Source of the DNA: Callorhinchus milii
Lineage: Eukaryota
NCBI RefSeq assembly: GCF_018977255.1
Contig: NW_024704742.1
Span: 89,468,001-89,532,000 of the forward strand
Length of the DNA: 64,000 nucleotides
Reading direction: 5' to 3'
The position numbers and the translations under genes were made by a program. This document shows, one piece after another, positions 50,236 to 63,750 of the stretch (its first letter is position 1; every line of letters begins with the position of its first letter). A model generated the notes under the pieces. That model saw only the letters and a list, made by a program, of their open reading frames with translations. It searched no databases and was not told the DNA's origin.

Positions 50236-53200
50236 GGACATGGAATGTCTAGGTTGTATATGCGCAGGAGGGAATAGTGTTTTCATTCTTCCTAAAAAAA
50301 AGTTGATGTTGAAGATTAGATGAGGATTGTATAGAGAGAGGTGACCCAGAGTCAAAAGGATTTACAGGACTGCATGTTTATACCCTTACTTCACACACAA
50401 TAACTTGGTTAGTTACTTAGTACTGCTGAGAAACTCAGAATGTTTTTAGTCAGTTTACTCAGAGCTTCCTACCTTCAAGAAAGTCACTTTAGAAAGTCAT
50501 TTGTTTGAGCAACAACTTGTATCTGAGGTGGCAGGTTGCATCTGATATGACGGGTTGTATTGAAGTGATAGCTTCCCTCTGTTTATGATGGAAAATGAAA
50601 GATATTTAAAGGCACTGCTGCTTCAGAAAGCTGCAGCTCCCAGCATTTAGGAACTGCTACATTTATGCTGTGTATGTGCTTCTGCTTAAGGATCATTCTT
50701 TAAGCAGAAGCATTCATTGGCAGAGGTGGTCTATACAGATTTAGAATTCTTTTTCCAGCCTGTATGGGACAGGAGAGACTGGCCTGACTGCTTAGCCATC
50801 CAGGGCCACAAACCATGGCTGCATCCATTTTCAACAGCAAGTGTTTATCAGTACTGTCAGGGTTGTGACCTCAATATCTTCTCCTTTGCTGGTGTGTGTG
50901 CCACCCCGATGAGAGGAACAATGCCTTGTTTGCTTTGCCTTACTGGGCTGCAATCAGCCACGAGACGGCACAGATAAATGGAGTCTAATTGTCCTGTGCA
51001 GTCAGCACAGTATTCACCGCACTGTGGATTGAGGTGAGTGTGAGAGTGATGTGAACCCTATCCTCATTTTAGAACCAGAAGCTAACAGTTGTTTTGATTG
51101 TCGAATGGCGTCTGTTAAAGTTCATTGATCAGCACTGAATAATGTCTTGGAAAACCAGATGAGTTCTCAGTGTCTTATTTCTCGAATAAGGAAGAGTGAG
51201 AGAGGACATATAACAGATCCTTCCCCTTCCCATTTTATGCTACTTGTAACAATAATGATTCTTGCATTTGATACAGCAACAACAACTTGTATTTATATAG
51301 CGCACCTCACCCAGGGTAGTGTCCCAGAGACCCTTGATAGTGGCAGATCACAACGCCAAATCGGGGGGAGGAAGGAGGTGAACGTAGTTACCGTCGAAGA
51401 GGAGGTTCTTCAGGCGCAATCTGAAGATGGGATATGGGTCGTCTAGCCGTCTCAAAGCGGTTCACAGGATATACTGTAATTTTACAGGGATTGCGTATTC
51501 ACAGGCATATGTAGCAGCCAATGTGCACACACCAATGTCCCACAAACAGCCACAAAGTAAAAATTAATATGAATAAAATACGACATTAATAGAGTAAATT
51601 TAGACCCAGATGGAATCTTGTTAATCAGTGTAGTTTGTAGGATCTCCAATGGATTCATTGAAATTAGATGTCTTTTGCCCCATCACACTGAAGGTTTTGA
51701 ATTTGTAGACGACTGATTGCTTCCCTTTTCTCTTCCTCCATTCCCTGTTCCAGATCATGGCTTGTCCTCCTGTCAACTACCATAGAAGTAACCAACATAA
51801 AACACCTTCATTTCAGTAGTGCTGGCTCAAACCAGCTGTTCCAACAGAAATAGGGATGCAGATTCTGCAAGAAAAATTTGAGAAGAACCGTATTTATAAA
51901 ACATAAAATATTTGTCTGAACATAACTGGGAGACATTGTATTAAAGGGGCAGGATAATTAAAGAAAAGCAATGCTCGCGTGTGTAAAACTAACGTTAATG
52001 CATTAATGACATGGTTCTGGAGAGCGTTATTCACTCAGGCTGATAATTAGAACCACAGGATTGGTAATTACTGCAGTTCTATGTTTTTACTCTCTTCAGT
52101 GTGTGTGTACTTTGCAAATTCTTCATGATCTGTTTGTAATTTTCTACCTTAACTTGCCATTTGATTATCATATCCTGCTCTATCTATTAGATGGCAAAGC
52201 TCTTTGCTGGTGTCCTACTGTTTAACTGCGGGTTGAGCAAATGATTGGTGACCAATCGCCTCCATGATAGATCACCCAGATGTCTGCCACCTGCACGCCT
52301 GACTTGCTGGCTGTTGCTTATATCAATTACTGGCTCTGGACTAATACCAAAATCAGCATTTGGTCACATCACTTGACAATAAATATTATCTCGCTCGGTC
52401 ATTGCTGTTCACGTTAGTATTCTGGAAGGAACAAGTGGGATGAATTCATGCTGCTCATCCCATCTGTTCATCTCAGTTACACGAATGGCCCGAGTCTGAT
52501 CTCTGCGTCCTAAAACCCACAGCAGTGTGAGTGAGACTATAACTTTCAAACAAAATGAATAACTCAATAATGAAGCATTTTTACTGCAAGAGAACATAAC
52601 TGTTTCTCCGTATACAATATTTTCTTTTTGAAGGGGGAAGGTACCAATTTGTATCAATTGGGATAATGGATATGAATATTTCAGAGAAAGGGACGATTTC
52701 TCCCCTTTATCCACGAACAGCATCAAACATTTCTAACCCAGGGAATGGATTAAAAGGGTAATGCTCTCAACACTGACTGACATTTCCTGTTAATTTCAGC
52801 ATTTTAGTCCTATTGCTGTTAGAGGTAAAGTGTGTGTTTTCCTTTTTTTTTTCGTTTAGCAATCGGTAATAGTTACAACAAAGCTCTTCTTTGCACTGTG
52901 AGTGAAAGACAAGCAGTAATTCTGCCTGTCCATCTGACAGAGCCATGTGGGAATCTAATGAAGGGTGTTGCAATGTTAGATTCACCACCAATGCACTTTT
53001 CAGTGACTAATTGCTGTGTTAAAGCACGGCAGGTTTTTAGCCTGACGTGAAAGTGATCAAAATAATATGAATAGATTGATGCGAGGAGCCTGAAAGACGG
53101 CTCACAACACATCCCACACAGATGGTAGATTTGGCTGAAGCAGCTGCACTTCTGGTATACTGTACTAATGGACAGCAGCTACATGAGCTGAGGATGAAAG

Positions 53201-55318
53201 ACATATCTCCTTCTGGCATTATCACAACAAATATACCAAGACAATCGTCCAGTTGCTCTAAATTTACAGCCGTTAGAAATTGTGACTTGGTGTTAGCTTT
53301 CAGTGTCAAAATGCACAGCACACTGGGTTTCTGTCGTCCAGTAAAACATCTCCCAGTCTCATGTGGATTTTTCAGAATTGCTGAAAGGCAGTTACCTCAG
53401 ATGCCATCAAAACAGTAGACAGACCTGAGCTGTTATTACAAGCAGATATAGAGATTGGCCCTGTTGTCTGTCACTTTAACTTAGTTGGTATTACTCTTGC
53501 CTCCAGGTTTAAAGGTTGTGCTTCCATTCCCACATCAAGAGTCGAGCTCATAGCCTAGCTTGACTCTCCAGTGTAGAATTAAGGGAGTGTCACATTGTTG
53601 GAGGTGCTACCTTTAGACGAAACATTAAACCAAGGTTCTGTTTGTCTGCTTCTTTAGCCATCTGGTAAAGATCCTGTATTTGGAAAGAGAAGGGAATTTT
53701 TCTTGGCTTTCTGGCCCACAATCCTCTAGATAATTTGGTCATTCGTTTCATGGCTTCTTATGGGAGCTTACAGTGTAAGACAAGATGGAATTCTAGGCCT
53801 ATGATCTGTCAGTCACAGTTGCCAGAAAGATCCAATTTTAATTTGGGTCTATGTAACATGCCAGTGTTATTGGTCTGGCTGACACATCAGTGTAAACCAC
53901 TTGGAAACTACCTCTACAGAGTGATTTAAACTGTAATAGAATAATAATAATAATCCTTACATTTGCAATAGTGCCTTTTACGTTGGAAGACCATCTGAAA
54001 GTACTTCACAGGGTATGTGTTTTGTGGGTATATTGTCTATTGTCCAGCAGCCAGTTCCAAGCGACATTGATAAAGGACAGTGGTCAAGTGTTGTTTTCAG
54101 TGCAGTCAGCCTGTACCTGAGGAGAACAAGGGGGACTATGATGAAAAAAGAGTGCCGGAGAATAGGTCTAGATATTGCTTGAGAACTGTATTGCATTCGG
54201 CTGTGTACGTATCCTATATACCGTAAGAAAAACATTGCTGTAGTCAATATTATCACTTAACTATAATGGAAAAATATTATTTTTAGACTTATTTGCTAGA
54301 CACATATGCTTTAGCCTATGAAATTAATAATTTATTACGTTTTTATAGGAGAATTTATTACGCCCTTGGGCCAGAATCACAAAGATGATGAGATAATGTG
54401 CAAAGTAAAATATTCCTCACTGTCCCTCAAAACCTTTAAAACAGGAATATTAAAGCCTGGTTCTGATAACATAGAAATGTGTACATCCATAGATGATCCC
54501 TCACAGTCCACTGCTATTTATTTACACACCAGTGAGTTGCTAAATACTGTACAGGGCAATTTGTGTGAAGGTCAGTACACATTTTAATAAATGATCATCT
54601 TAAAATATCTGTTTTCAGATTTCAATAATTGGTCCCAGTGTGCACAAGTGCCATTAGCCTCTCAAGCTTCAGTCTTCAAAACCTCCAGTAACCATATTTG
54701 AACACTGTTCAATAGCAATCACTATTTCTGTAATAAAGATCCAATGTTTACCTATGGACATTGATTATCACTGTAATGCATCTCCCACCTTTAATGTTGT
54801 CAAATATGGCTGATATCTGGATAAAAATTGTCCTGAGAGAAACCCAAGGCCCTTCACCAAATGGCAGATGTCACCAGAAGAACAATTACGTACAGAAATA
54901 GACCCCCAAGGACCCTTATGCCTGGCCTTTGTAGTGGTCCCTATTCCACAATAACGAATAGATATTAATCGAAACAGGCTGCTTGATATTCAAAGGGATC
55001 TAGATTATAGTAATAATATTTAGATTGGTGGAAAAAATTACATCTTTCTTCCTGGAAAGCTGAATGTTTATAAAATAAATGTTACATCCAATTTAAGCTG
55101 TATAAAATTCAAGGATTATTATAAATGTTATATTCAAATCGGGCACTGCGTGAATAACCTGATTGTTTAAAATAATTTGGTTCATTAACAAAATGCAATT
55201 TAGACAGGAGGAGCAAGTCTCTGGGGTAAGGCAATGTTGCAGAGGGAGAGAGCATAAGGAAACCACAGGCATCATATTTAAAACGTATATACCTTTAAAT
55301 ATCAACTACATGTACAAT

Positions 55319-55610
55319 GCACTCACTTTGCAAGTGAGAGACCTGAGTTCAATTCCAGGCAGGGCGAAACCTTGGGCAAGTTTCCTTACTCCACACGCCT
55401 AATAATAATCCCTCCAAAAAAAATAAAACAATAATAAATTGGTCATTTTCAATCTACGACTGTTTGTGGGACATTGCTGTGCGCAATTGGCTGCCGCGTT
55501 CGCCCACAAATATACAGTCAATTCACTTTACAGTATATTCTGTGAAGCGCTTTGGGATGTCTAGAAGACGTGAAAAACGCTATATCAAATGCAAAGATTA
55601 TTACTATTAT
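55319..55610 (+). mobile_element. tRNA-Ala/Deu SINE lacking the A-box
   Basis: Starts at gcactcactttgcaag; remainder near-identical to the 49572 copy. Confidence 0.92.
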
Positions 55611-55700
55611 CTAGTTATTGTATATACCTGGGGTATCCAGCATTTTAGGGTTTATTCTGTGGTGTTGGTAAATTTAAATAGAATACAATTTACATTTATA

Positions 55701-56136
55701 CAGTAAAACTCACAGAAGTCTTACCTTATAAATCATATAATCGCCTAAGTCGTACACCCAACAAGTCCCATTCAGTTTCCTATCAAAACCCACAACGTAC
55801 TGACCTGGCGACACATGTGCACTTACTAGCCAGCTGCATTGAATCGCGGGAAACGTAGTCTTGACTCAGCGCAGAAGAACTTCATTTTCTGAGAATCAAT
55901 GCGATTCCAATGGTTGCTGGTAACTGCTCATGCGGCAGCAGGTCAAAGTTAAATTTCCAGTGATTCGATACAGCTGTGTGTGCACCGACTGGCTGCATTG
56001 AATTAAACATGTGCAGTGTAGATTATTGATTACAACTGATTTTATATGATTTGTGTAAGTTTGCCTGTAACTCAGACTTCAAGTAAGTCATATTAAATGT
56101 ATGGTCCCAACTATTATGACTTGCGTGAGTTTACTG
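55701..56136. mobile_element. Tigger/pogo-like (Tc1-mariner) non-autonomous element, 436 bp
   Basis: ta|CAGTAAAACTCACAGAAGTC...GACTTGCGTGAGTTTACTG|ta: CAGT-starting imperfect TIRs with TA target duplication. Confidence 0.8.
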
Positions 56137-57879
56137 TATAGTGCCTGGAGGTTGTCTCAAAATGCTTGATAATGTTGGATGGGCATCCGAGCTGGGGGTG
56201 GGCACCAAGGAAAGTGGGTAGTGATTTGATGATTTTATCAAGTGGGCCCATCTGCTACTCTGCATTTTGACTGGAGAAAGAATCTCCACTCAAAGTCCAG
56301 AGATTCAATGTTTTAACTTGTGAAAAAGAAATTCCAAACATGATCCAAAGTTACATTTCTGAGAAAGAAGTTATTTGTCTTGTTCATACTGATTCAATGC
56401 ACAAAAGTTTTCAATTAGCCTTTATTTTCTGCATTCCCAATAACGTTTCCTGGCTGTCATTTAACAACAACAACAAAATGACATTTATGGAGCGCCTTTC
56501 ACGTCGGGAGGACGTGCCAAAGCGCTGAACAGTCAGGTGTCGGGGTCCGAGCATGGGGGAGGGGTGGTATAGGGGTGAGGGAAGGCTCAGAGGTGGGAGG
56601 GCGACCAAAGGCACGATCGAAGAGAAGGGTCTTAAAAAACAAACTCCAGAACTTTCCTTTTACTAATTTACATTTCCACCTTCCAGAAAAATATTTTTTG
56701 CCTTAATCCATGTGATAATAAATTACACCTAGTAGTTAGCATTTGTGCCTCTGACTTGCCTCTCATTTTGCTTCTAATTTATCTTATTCCTCTGCTTTCT
56801 GAACCACAAATGCTAGCCTCTGTTTGCATTGAATTAATTTTGCTGCAAGTTGAAACTAATGCTTAGAAATAAGAACCTTTCTCAGTCTGTTAGTTGCTCC
56901 TAATTCTGCCTTTGATACTTTCCATGGGTGATGTCAGAAATACACAAAATAAATTACTCTATTCCTGTAAGTCTCAATTATTTTGATGGTCTTTGCAAGG
57001 TTGCCATGCAAATGCTGCTTCAGTGGAATTGATTTCCCTCACCACATTTGTTTTAGATGAATCTTGACTTACATTAGCATTATTCAGAGCGATTCAGCCC
57101 TGTTCCTGGCTGTGAAGCACATCAAAGAACGATAAAGGTAGCTTTACTTTAACCACTGAATGAACAAATCTCATATTGAGAGTGAAGGATAGGCTCTGGA
57201 TTGCAGTTCCAAATCTCACACTGTTGATCCTTTTTAATATTACTAATATTGTTTGTGAACTAATTAAGCTTCATTCTTGGCTAGAATTGCTTCATCCAGC
57301 ATTCAGCTGTGATTCATCTGAGGATTGATGTCCACAGACGAAGAGAAGATAGAAACGTGTAGAACATGTGAAATGTGAAAGATCTGTCAATTAGAATATG
57401 CTGTTACCCATTTAGACAGCTATATCAGTGATACTGCTCAAATGATCAGTTGCACAGCTATCAAAAGTACCTTAAGTAACAGTGAGCAAATGGATGTCCT
57501 AATTTGACCGAAAGACAATTAAACTGAGCATGAGGCATCAGACAAGTGTTCATTAGCAATTGAACTTTTTGCCCACCATACAGGTATTTAGGTGGATAAT
57601 ATCAAGTCATTTCTATCAGTTATTTTTGTTTGTTCTATTCTTCCGGTTAATTATTTTTGCATTTTTAATGAAATAACAATTAATTCAATTTTGCAATATC
57701 TAGAAAAGTGTGAAAAAACAGAAGATCAAATAGGTCATTTGTGCATATGGCAAAGTCCAAGTCATGATCTCGCTCTTTTTGAAAATATTGCAAATTAGAC
57801 TCCAATATGTATTGTAGCTAAATTAAATGGAAAACATTTATCTGAGAGTGATTAAACCAAGCTCCTGTCTACCTACTCA

Positions 57880-58331
57880 ACAACAACAAGATTGCATTTA
57901 TAGAGTGCCTTTCACGTCGGGAGGACCTCCCAAGGCGCTGAACAGTTGGGTTGGGACCTGAGCAGGGGGGAAATGGTCAGGGTGAGGGGAGGGAAGGGAG
58001 GGAGGGAGCGAGGAGGGGGTAGAGAGTCGAGAGGGGAGCTGAAGGCATGGCTGAAGAGAAAGGTCTTGAGACCGGCTTGAAGGAGGAAAGAGAGGAAGCA
58101 AAGCGAAGGCACTGAGGGATGGAGTTCCAGAGCCTCGGGGCTGAAAGGCTGAAAGCCCGGCCACTGATGGTAGGGCGGTTAGGGCGGGGGCTGTGGAGCA
58201 GACCGGAGCCAGAAGAATGGAGGGTACGGGCAGGTAAATAGGGGGATAGTAGGTCGGAGAGGTAGGAGGGTGCAAGGCCGTGAATGGCCTTATAGGTGAG
58301 GATGAGGATCTTGAATTCGATCCTCATCCTC
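57880..58331 (-). mobile_element. Young 5'-truncated L2 with 9-bp TSD (acctactca) inside a DeuSINE
   Basis: Close reverse-complement match to 46-490; TSD at 57871-57879 and 58332-58340. Confidence 0.92.
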
Positions 58332-61300
58332 ACCTACTCAGGTGCATATTAAAGATACCATGGCACTATTCGCAAAGAGAAGCGAGTTTCTCCTGGTTTC
58401 CTGGCCAACAATCATCCAGATAACAATTGGTTACTCACTTCATAGCTGTTTTGGGACATTGCCGTGGAAATATTGCTGTGTTCGTCTACAAAATACACAG
58501 TCACTACACTGTACAGAAAACTTTGCAAAGAGCTTAATGAGATGTTCACTATGATATAAACATTATATCAAATGCAAGGATTATTATTGTTATAAGGTAT
58601 TGTTATGTCATCTGAATCCCTGCAATTAGATCATAGCTTTGAAATCATTCTACATTACCTGTCTATTTTCCCTATATATAATGTGAACTTTGTAGTGTAA
58701 CTCTACTTGGTGCTGAGTGCATTAATATACACCCTCAACTCTATAACCCCATCACACCAGTCCTTGCCAGGGCTCTCTATCACAAGTTTCAAGGTCCTTT
58801 CATTTATCTACAAATCCCTTCATGCCCTGGCATCTCCCTACCTTTCTGACCATGCTTACGGTCACATCCTCCTTCTCAGCTTGGCGTCAGGCTCTGCCAC
58901 TTTTAAGCGCTACTGCGTGAAGGACACTATATAAATGCAAGTTGTTCTTCTTGTACTGTGCCACAATTGGCTGTCAGTGCTTATGCTGAATGAAAACCAG
59001 TGCACTCCACGCTGTCAAAACATAATGACATCTCTAATGAAAGATTAATGGTTGGAATGGAAGGATATTGAGAACTAATTTGTAATTGATTCCTAGAAAT
59101 AGCATGGTTCGTAAATACATAAATATGGCAAACTTATTTTAAACATGACAAATACAACAACACTCAGAAGAGTGAGCTATACTGTTAACATAATATCACC
59201 GATGGATATTCCTATACTGCAATATTTTGCCTATACTAGTCTTTCCATTCTTCTGTAGTAAGATTGGCATTTCAAACTATTTCAGTGCTTTTTAATGTCA
59301 ATGCACCTTCTGTTAAGCTATCACAATGTAGGGCTGTGAATGAGTTTTGGAATGCATTATGTGATGATGCTCATTCCGAGATAATTACCTGCATGTAGAT
59401 ATGTTGCTATATTTTTGCCTTAGAGCAACAAACTTAATACAAGATGACTTACTGAAAATCTATTTCCATTTCGCTACTATTCGCACACACTGGGATTAGT
59501 GTTACTGCCTATTTCTCTCTTATCTATTTCACCCACAAAATACACTTGACAGTATGTTCTGTGAAATGCTTTGAGACATCTCAACAATGTGATAAGGCAC
59601 TATATCAACTGCAAGGATTATTATTATTATTATTATTATTATTGCCTGGTGCAGTGACTTTAAATAGTGTTCTAATTTTGTTGATGAATACCATAAAACA
59701 CAAGTCATGTGCTTACAACTTGACTTCTTTTTTTATACGAGGAAATTGTTGGTGGAAAGTACTCCATTTGAGGAGTGGTTTCGTGCAAAGTAATACAAGT
59801 AGATAAGGAGTCAACCAACAAAAGTACAATAAGTACAATACATAGAAGAGGTAGCCTTGGGCTAATCTATTATTCTCTGACATTGTGGAGCAGACATGAA
59901 AGGGAATGAAGGGCATAACCTTGGAAGATCTACTAGTCTCCGAAAAACTTCCTTGCCCTGCTGAATTGCTCGCTTTGTACGCAAATTTTTACCTGGAGAA
60001 GCAAACTGTTCTAGACTTATGTACCGAATTGCAAGGGAATTTGGAGAGGAAGACTATTATCAGTACAGTAAAGGTGTTTTATTTCTATTCTGTTGCCTCT
60101 TCCCAGTCAGCTGTTAGGAATTGTGCGTACATCAGCCAACCTGACAGTACATTAGTATTGTTCCCTGTACTTGTGACAGAAGATACATCCTGAAAAGTTA
60201 ACCATCGGCTGGTATGGACCATATAACTCTGGAGTACTACATATCACTTGGTCCCATGGTAATTACTTGGTTGGAAGCGATGCTTTAGTTTCTTAGCCTG
60301 ATTTAAATCGGTTCCTTCCTAGCACACGTGCTTTTGGTTTGTAGCAACCTCGAGGAGGAAAAAAATACCTTTGGAGTCGGTGTCTATCAAAGCTTTGTAT
60401 CAATTAGGCATTGGTCTATGGTTACAGATTCAGCTGCTCACGCTGGGGAAGTGATACCAATGTGGGATGTGGAATAGCCATCACTTCAGAAGCAAAGGCT
60501 GGAATTTTGGAATTCATTTTGAAGTAACAGTTAGTTAACTGATTTAAATTTGATGCGTTTTACTTTCCTTTTTAGGATTTCTTTTCTGCCTCTTGTAAGC
60601 GATGCTTCTCCTTTGGCTTGGAAAACACACTAGCTTGGGTTTAGGTGGTCGTTCTTAATGCTGATGCATAATTGACTGCTGATACCGATCGCTCTAGTGT
60701 ACACAATTAGTTTGGCCTGCAAACTGGTGAAATATAACAAACAAGTTAAAATGATGGCTAGTAAAGGCTGAGATTGAAACTCTTGAATCAATCCATGTTG
60801 GTAGCCTTCTGATTTATCACAGATGTATCAGGATTATTTCTACCCCTCTTCCTCTTCATAGCATGGAGGAATAAAGACCCTATCTGTTTCAAATGACAGG
60901 ATGATAAATAATTGAGAACAAATAATATTAAAGTGTGTAGAGAAAGAGCAGAGGTGTTAGAAATCTTCAGTGGGAAAGCTACCAGCGGCACCGACTTAAT
61001 GGGGCTGACACCCTCATTCTGTGCTGCAAATATTCTATACATTCTAAGCTGTACATAGAATATCAGGTGAGAGGCTCTTTGAACACACTGACATATGATA
61101 TGAGGCCATTTCTAATGGGGCTCCCTATTTAAGGAATCCGAGAGGGGATTCCTTCCAGGGATCAAGATCATCCTGACATGTGGGAATTCTGTTCTGAAAA
61201 TAGATTGTGTCAGAGTGGATTTCCCACAAGCCTGCCTGATGTAGGTCCTGCCTTCTTAATCAAGAAATCTTGTAAGAATTGGGCAAATATTTCTGACGAT

Positions 61301-62321
61301 AGATCCACTCTGAAAACTGTGGCCACATCACCATCAACAATAATAATCCTTACATTTGATTTAGCACCTTTCACATCAGTGTGCATTTCAAAGCACTTCA
61401 CAGGATTTATTGTAAAATGCAGTGACTGTGTATTTTGTAGGCAAACACAACAGCCATTTTTGCCCTCAGCAACGCCCCATAAACAGCCACATTTGACCAA
61501 TTGTATTTGGGGATTGTTTGCCAGGACACCAAGAGAAACTCCCTTCTATTTTTGAGAAGTGTCATGGGATCTCGGGTCCCTGTTTTAACATCTCCTTCGA
61601 ACTGTGGCGCCTCTGACAATGCAGCACATCCCCAGAACTATATTGGAGTGTCAAGCCCCGATGACTCATAGTCAAGAGTGCTATCAACTGAGTCAGGCTG
61701 ACAAGATAACGCTGTCTTAAAATTTAAAATATCACAGAAGGGTGGAATATTCCATTTGAAAGATGTTTTTCCACAGTTCTTAAAATGACCAGCCACTAAA
61801 TTAAAATTGAAGAATTTTAAACAGTCCTGCACAACCATAAATTTGAAGACAAAATGATCCTATGATCTAAGATTAGAAAGAATTACAGACTTATTGTGTC
61901 TTAATGCTTTTGGTCACCATTCCCCCTACCCCCCACCTTACTCAGCTTTCCCCATCCCAGCTCAGGCTTCCAGTCAACAACAACATGTATTGATATAACT
62001 CCCTTCATAGAGAAAAGCATCTCACAGCCCTGTCTGCTCTGTAAAGAATTTAGAGATGTCCTCTCAATGTGAAAGGGACTACGGTATACAAATGCAAAAT
62101 GATTATTGTAGTTGTTATTAACCCTAAGATCAGAGGGGCATCCCAATTAAATTAGTGTGATTTCTCTATTTTCAATATCAACCATTCTTGTGGCTTTTTT
62201 GAATTGAGGTAAGCAGGTCAGAGCCAGCAAGGCTCAATTGCAGATTACAACAAAAGTGTTGTAAGACAGGACACCACCAGGACCTGAGTACAAACTGTTC
62301 AAATCCCATTCATATAGGACT

Positions 62322-62706
62322 CAGAGGATACAGTTCAAGATCCACTCCTCCCTATACCTTCAAAGCCCTCCACGAGCTTGCTCCTTCCTACCTCTGTAAC
62401 CTCTTAACACCCTATCAACCTCCGCTCAGCGGGCTCCGGCCTGCTTCATGTCCCCCGCCTTGCCCGCACCACATTGGCGGACAAGCCTTCAGCCTCTCTG
62501 CCCTCACCCTCTGGAATTCCATCCCACAGTCCCTTCGCCTCACCCCCTCACTTCCCTCCTTCAAGACCCATCTCACGACTCTCCTCTTTAAGCGTGCCTT
62601 TGGTCACCCTCCTTCCTTTACCCTCCCATCTCCACCCATCCACCACCAGCTCAGGTGCGGATCCCTGACTGTCAACCACCTTGGGATATCCTCCTGACAT
62701 GAAAGG
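62322..62706 (+). mobile_element. L2 3' fragment, abutting a minus-strand SINE head (62710-62773)
   Basis: Homologous to the 41530 copy. Confidence 0.85.
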
Positions 62707-62925
62707 CTAGGAATCGAACCCACATTTCTGGCTTGTGAGGTGAGTGCTCTAACCACAGAGCTACAGGACTCCACCAGTTAGGTTTGAACTTGGTTCAAAC
62801 TATAAGCCAAACATAAAGTAATTATACTGTAATGGGCTTTCAAACTCAACCATTCATCCCTCCTAAACCCTACCAGGAAGAAACCTTTGTTTTATGATTT
62901 TAATTAAAAAAAAGCAACCAACTAA

Positions 62926-63750
62926 TAAGAACATAAGAAATGCTAGACGAAAAAAGACCAAGGTCCATCTTCCACCTTCCTGGCGGTCGCATGCACATAT
63001 GTCCCAAACTACCTATGTACTATATCCCATAATGTTATTTCCTAAAAGAAAGCTGTCTAGTCTGTGTTTGAAAGAATCAACAATTCCTGCTTCAACAGTC
63101 TCCCTCGGGAGCCTGTTCCACAGGTTCACTATTCGCTCACTGAAATAGTGTTTGTGTAGATTCATTCTGAATTTTTCATTTTGTCATGATCTATATTTTC
63201 TTGCCCCTTTAGAATCTTAAAGACAGCAAACACCTCTCAATCTTCTCTTTCCCAGCGTGAACATGCCCAATTTACTTAGTCACTCCTCATAGTCCAATCT
63301 TTCCATTCCCTCAATCATTTTGGTTGCCCTCCACTGTATCTTCTCGATTTCTTCAATATCCTTTTTGTACTGCAGTGATCAGAACTGTACACAATACTCA
63401 CTTAAGTATGGTCTCACCAATGATTTATCCAGTGGCAGGATTACCCCATTACTTTGGCTTGCTATTGATCTTTTGATACATCCCAACATCTGGTTTGCTT
63501 TACTCACTGCCACAGAGCATTGTTGTAAGAGCTTCAATTTATTGTCAATCAGGACCCCCAGGTCCTTTCGTTTACCATACATATTCTTTTCCTTTCATTC
63601 AAATTGTAGTCCCTTCCAGGATTTTTTGTCCCTATGTGAAGTACTTTACATTTCTCCACATTGAATTTCATCTGCCACTGATCTGCCCAATTCACAAGGA
63701 TGTTGAAATCCTCCTGTAACCTATCTTGGTCAACCAGTTGCATATCCATT
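62926..63750 (-). mobile_element. CR1 LINE 3' fragment (RT C-terminus and tail)
   Basis: LQEDFNILVNWADQWQMKFNVEKCKVLHIG and KDLGVLIDNKLK..QCSVAVSKANQMLGCIKRSI; ttcttatgttctta tail. Confidence 0.92.

Noticed and set aside
49841..50355. His/Thr-rich and Cys/Val-rich ORFs
   Set aside because: Artefacts of the TG/TA low-complexity tract.
19665..55706. Recurrent ORFs (MESCSSVVRALAL..., MGKFPYST..., ...REKRYIKCKDYYYY) as a small gene family
   Set aside because: They are translations of SINE copies in varying frames.
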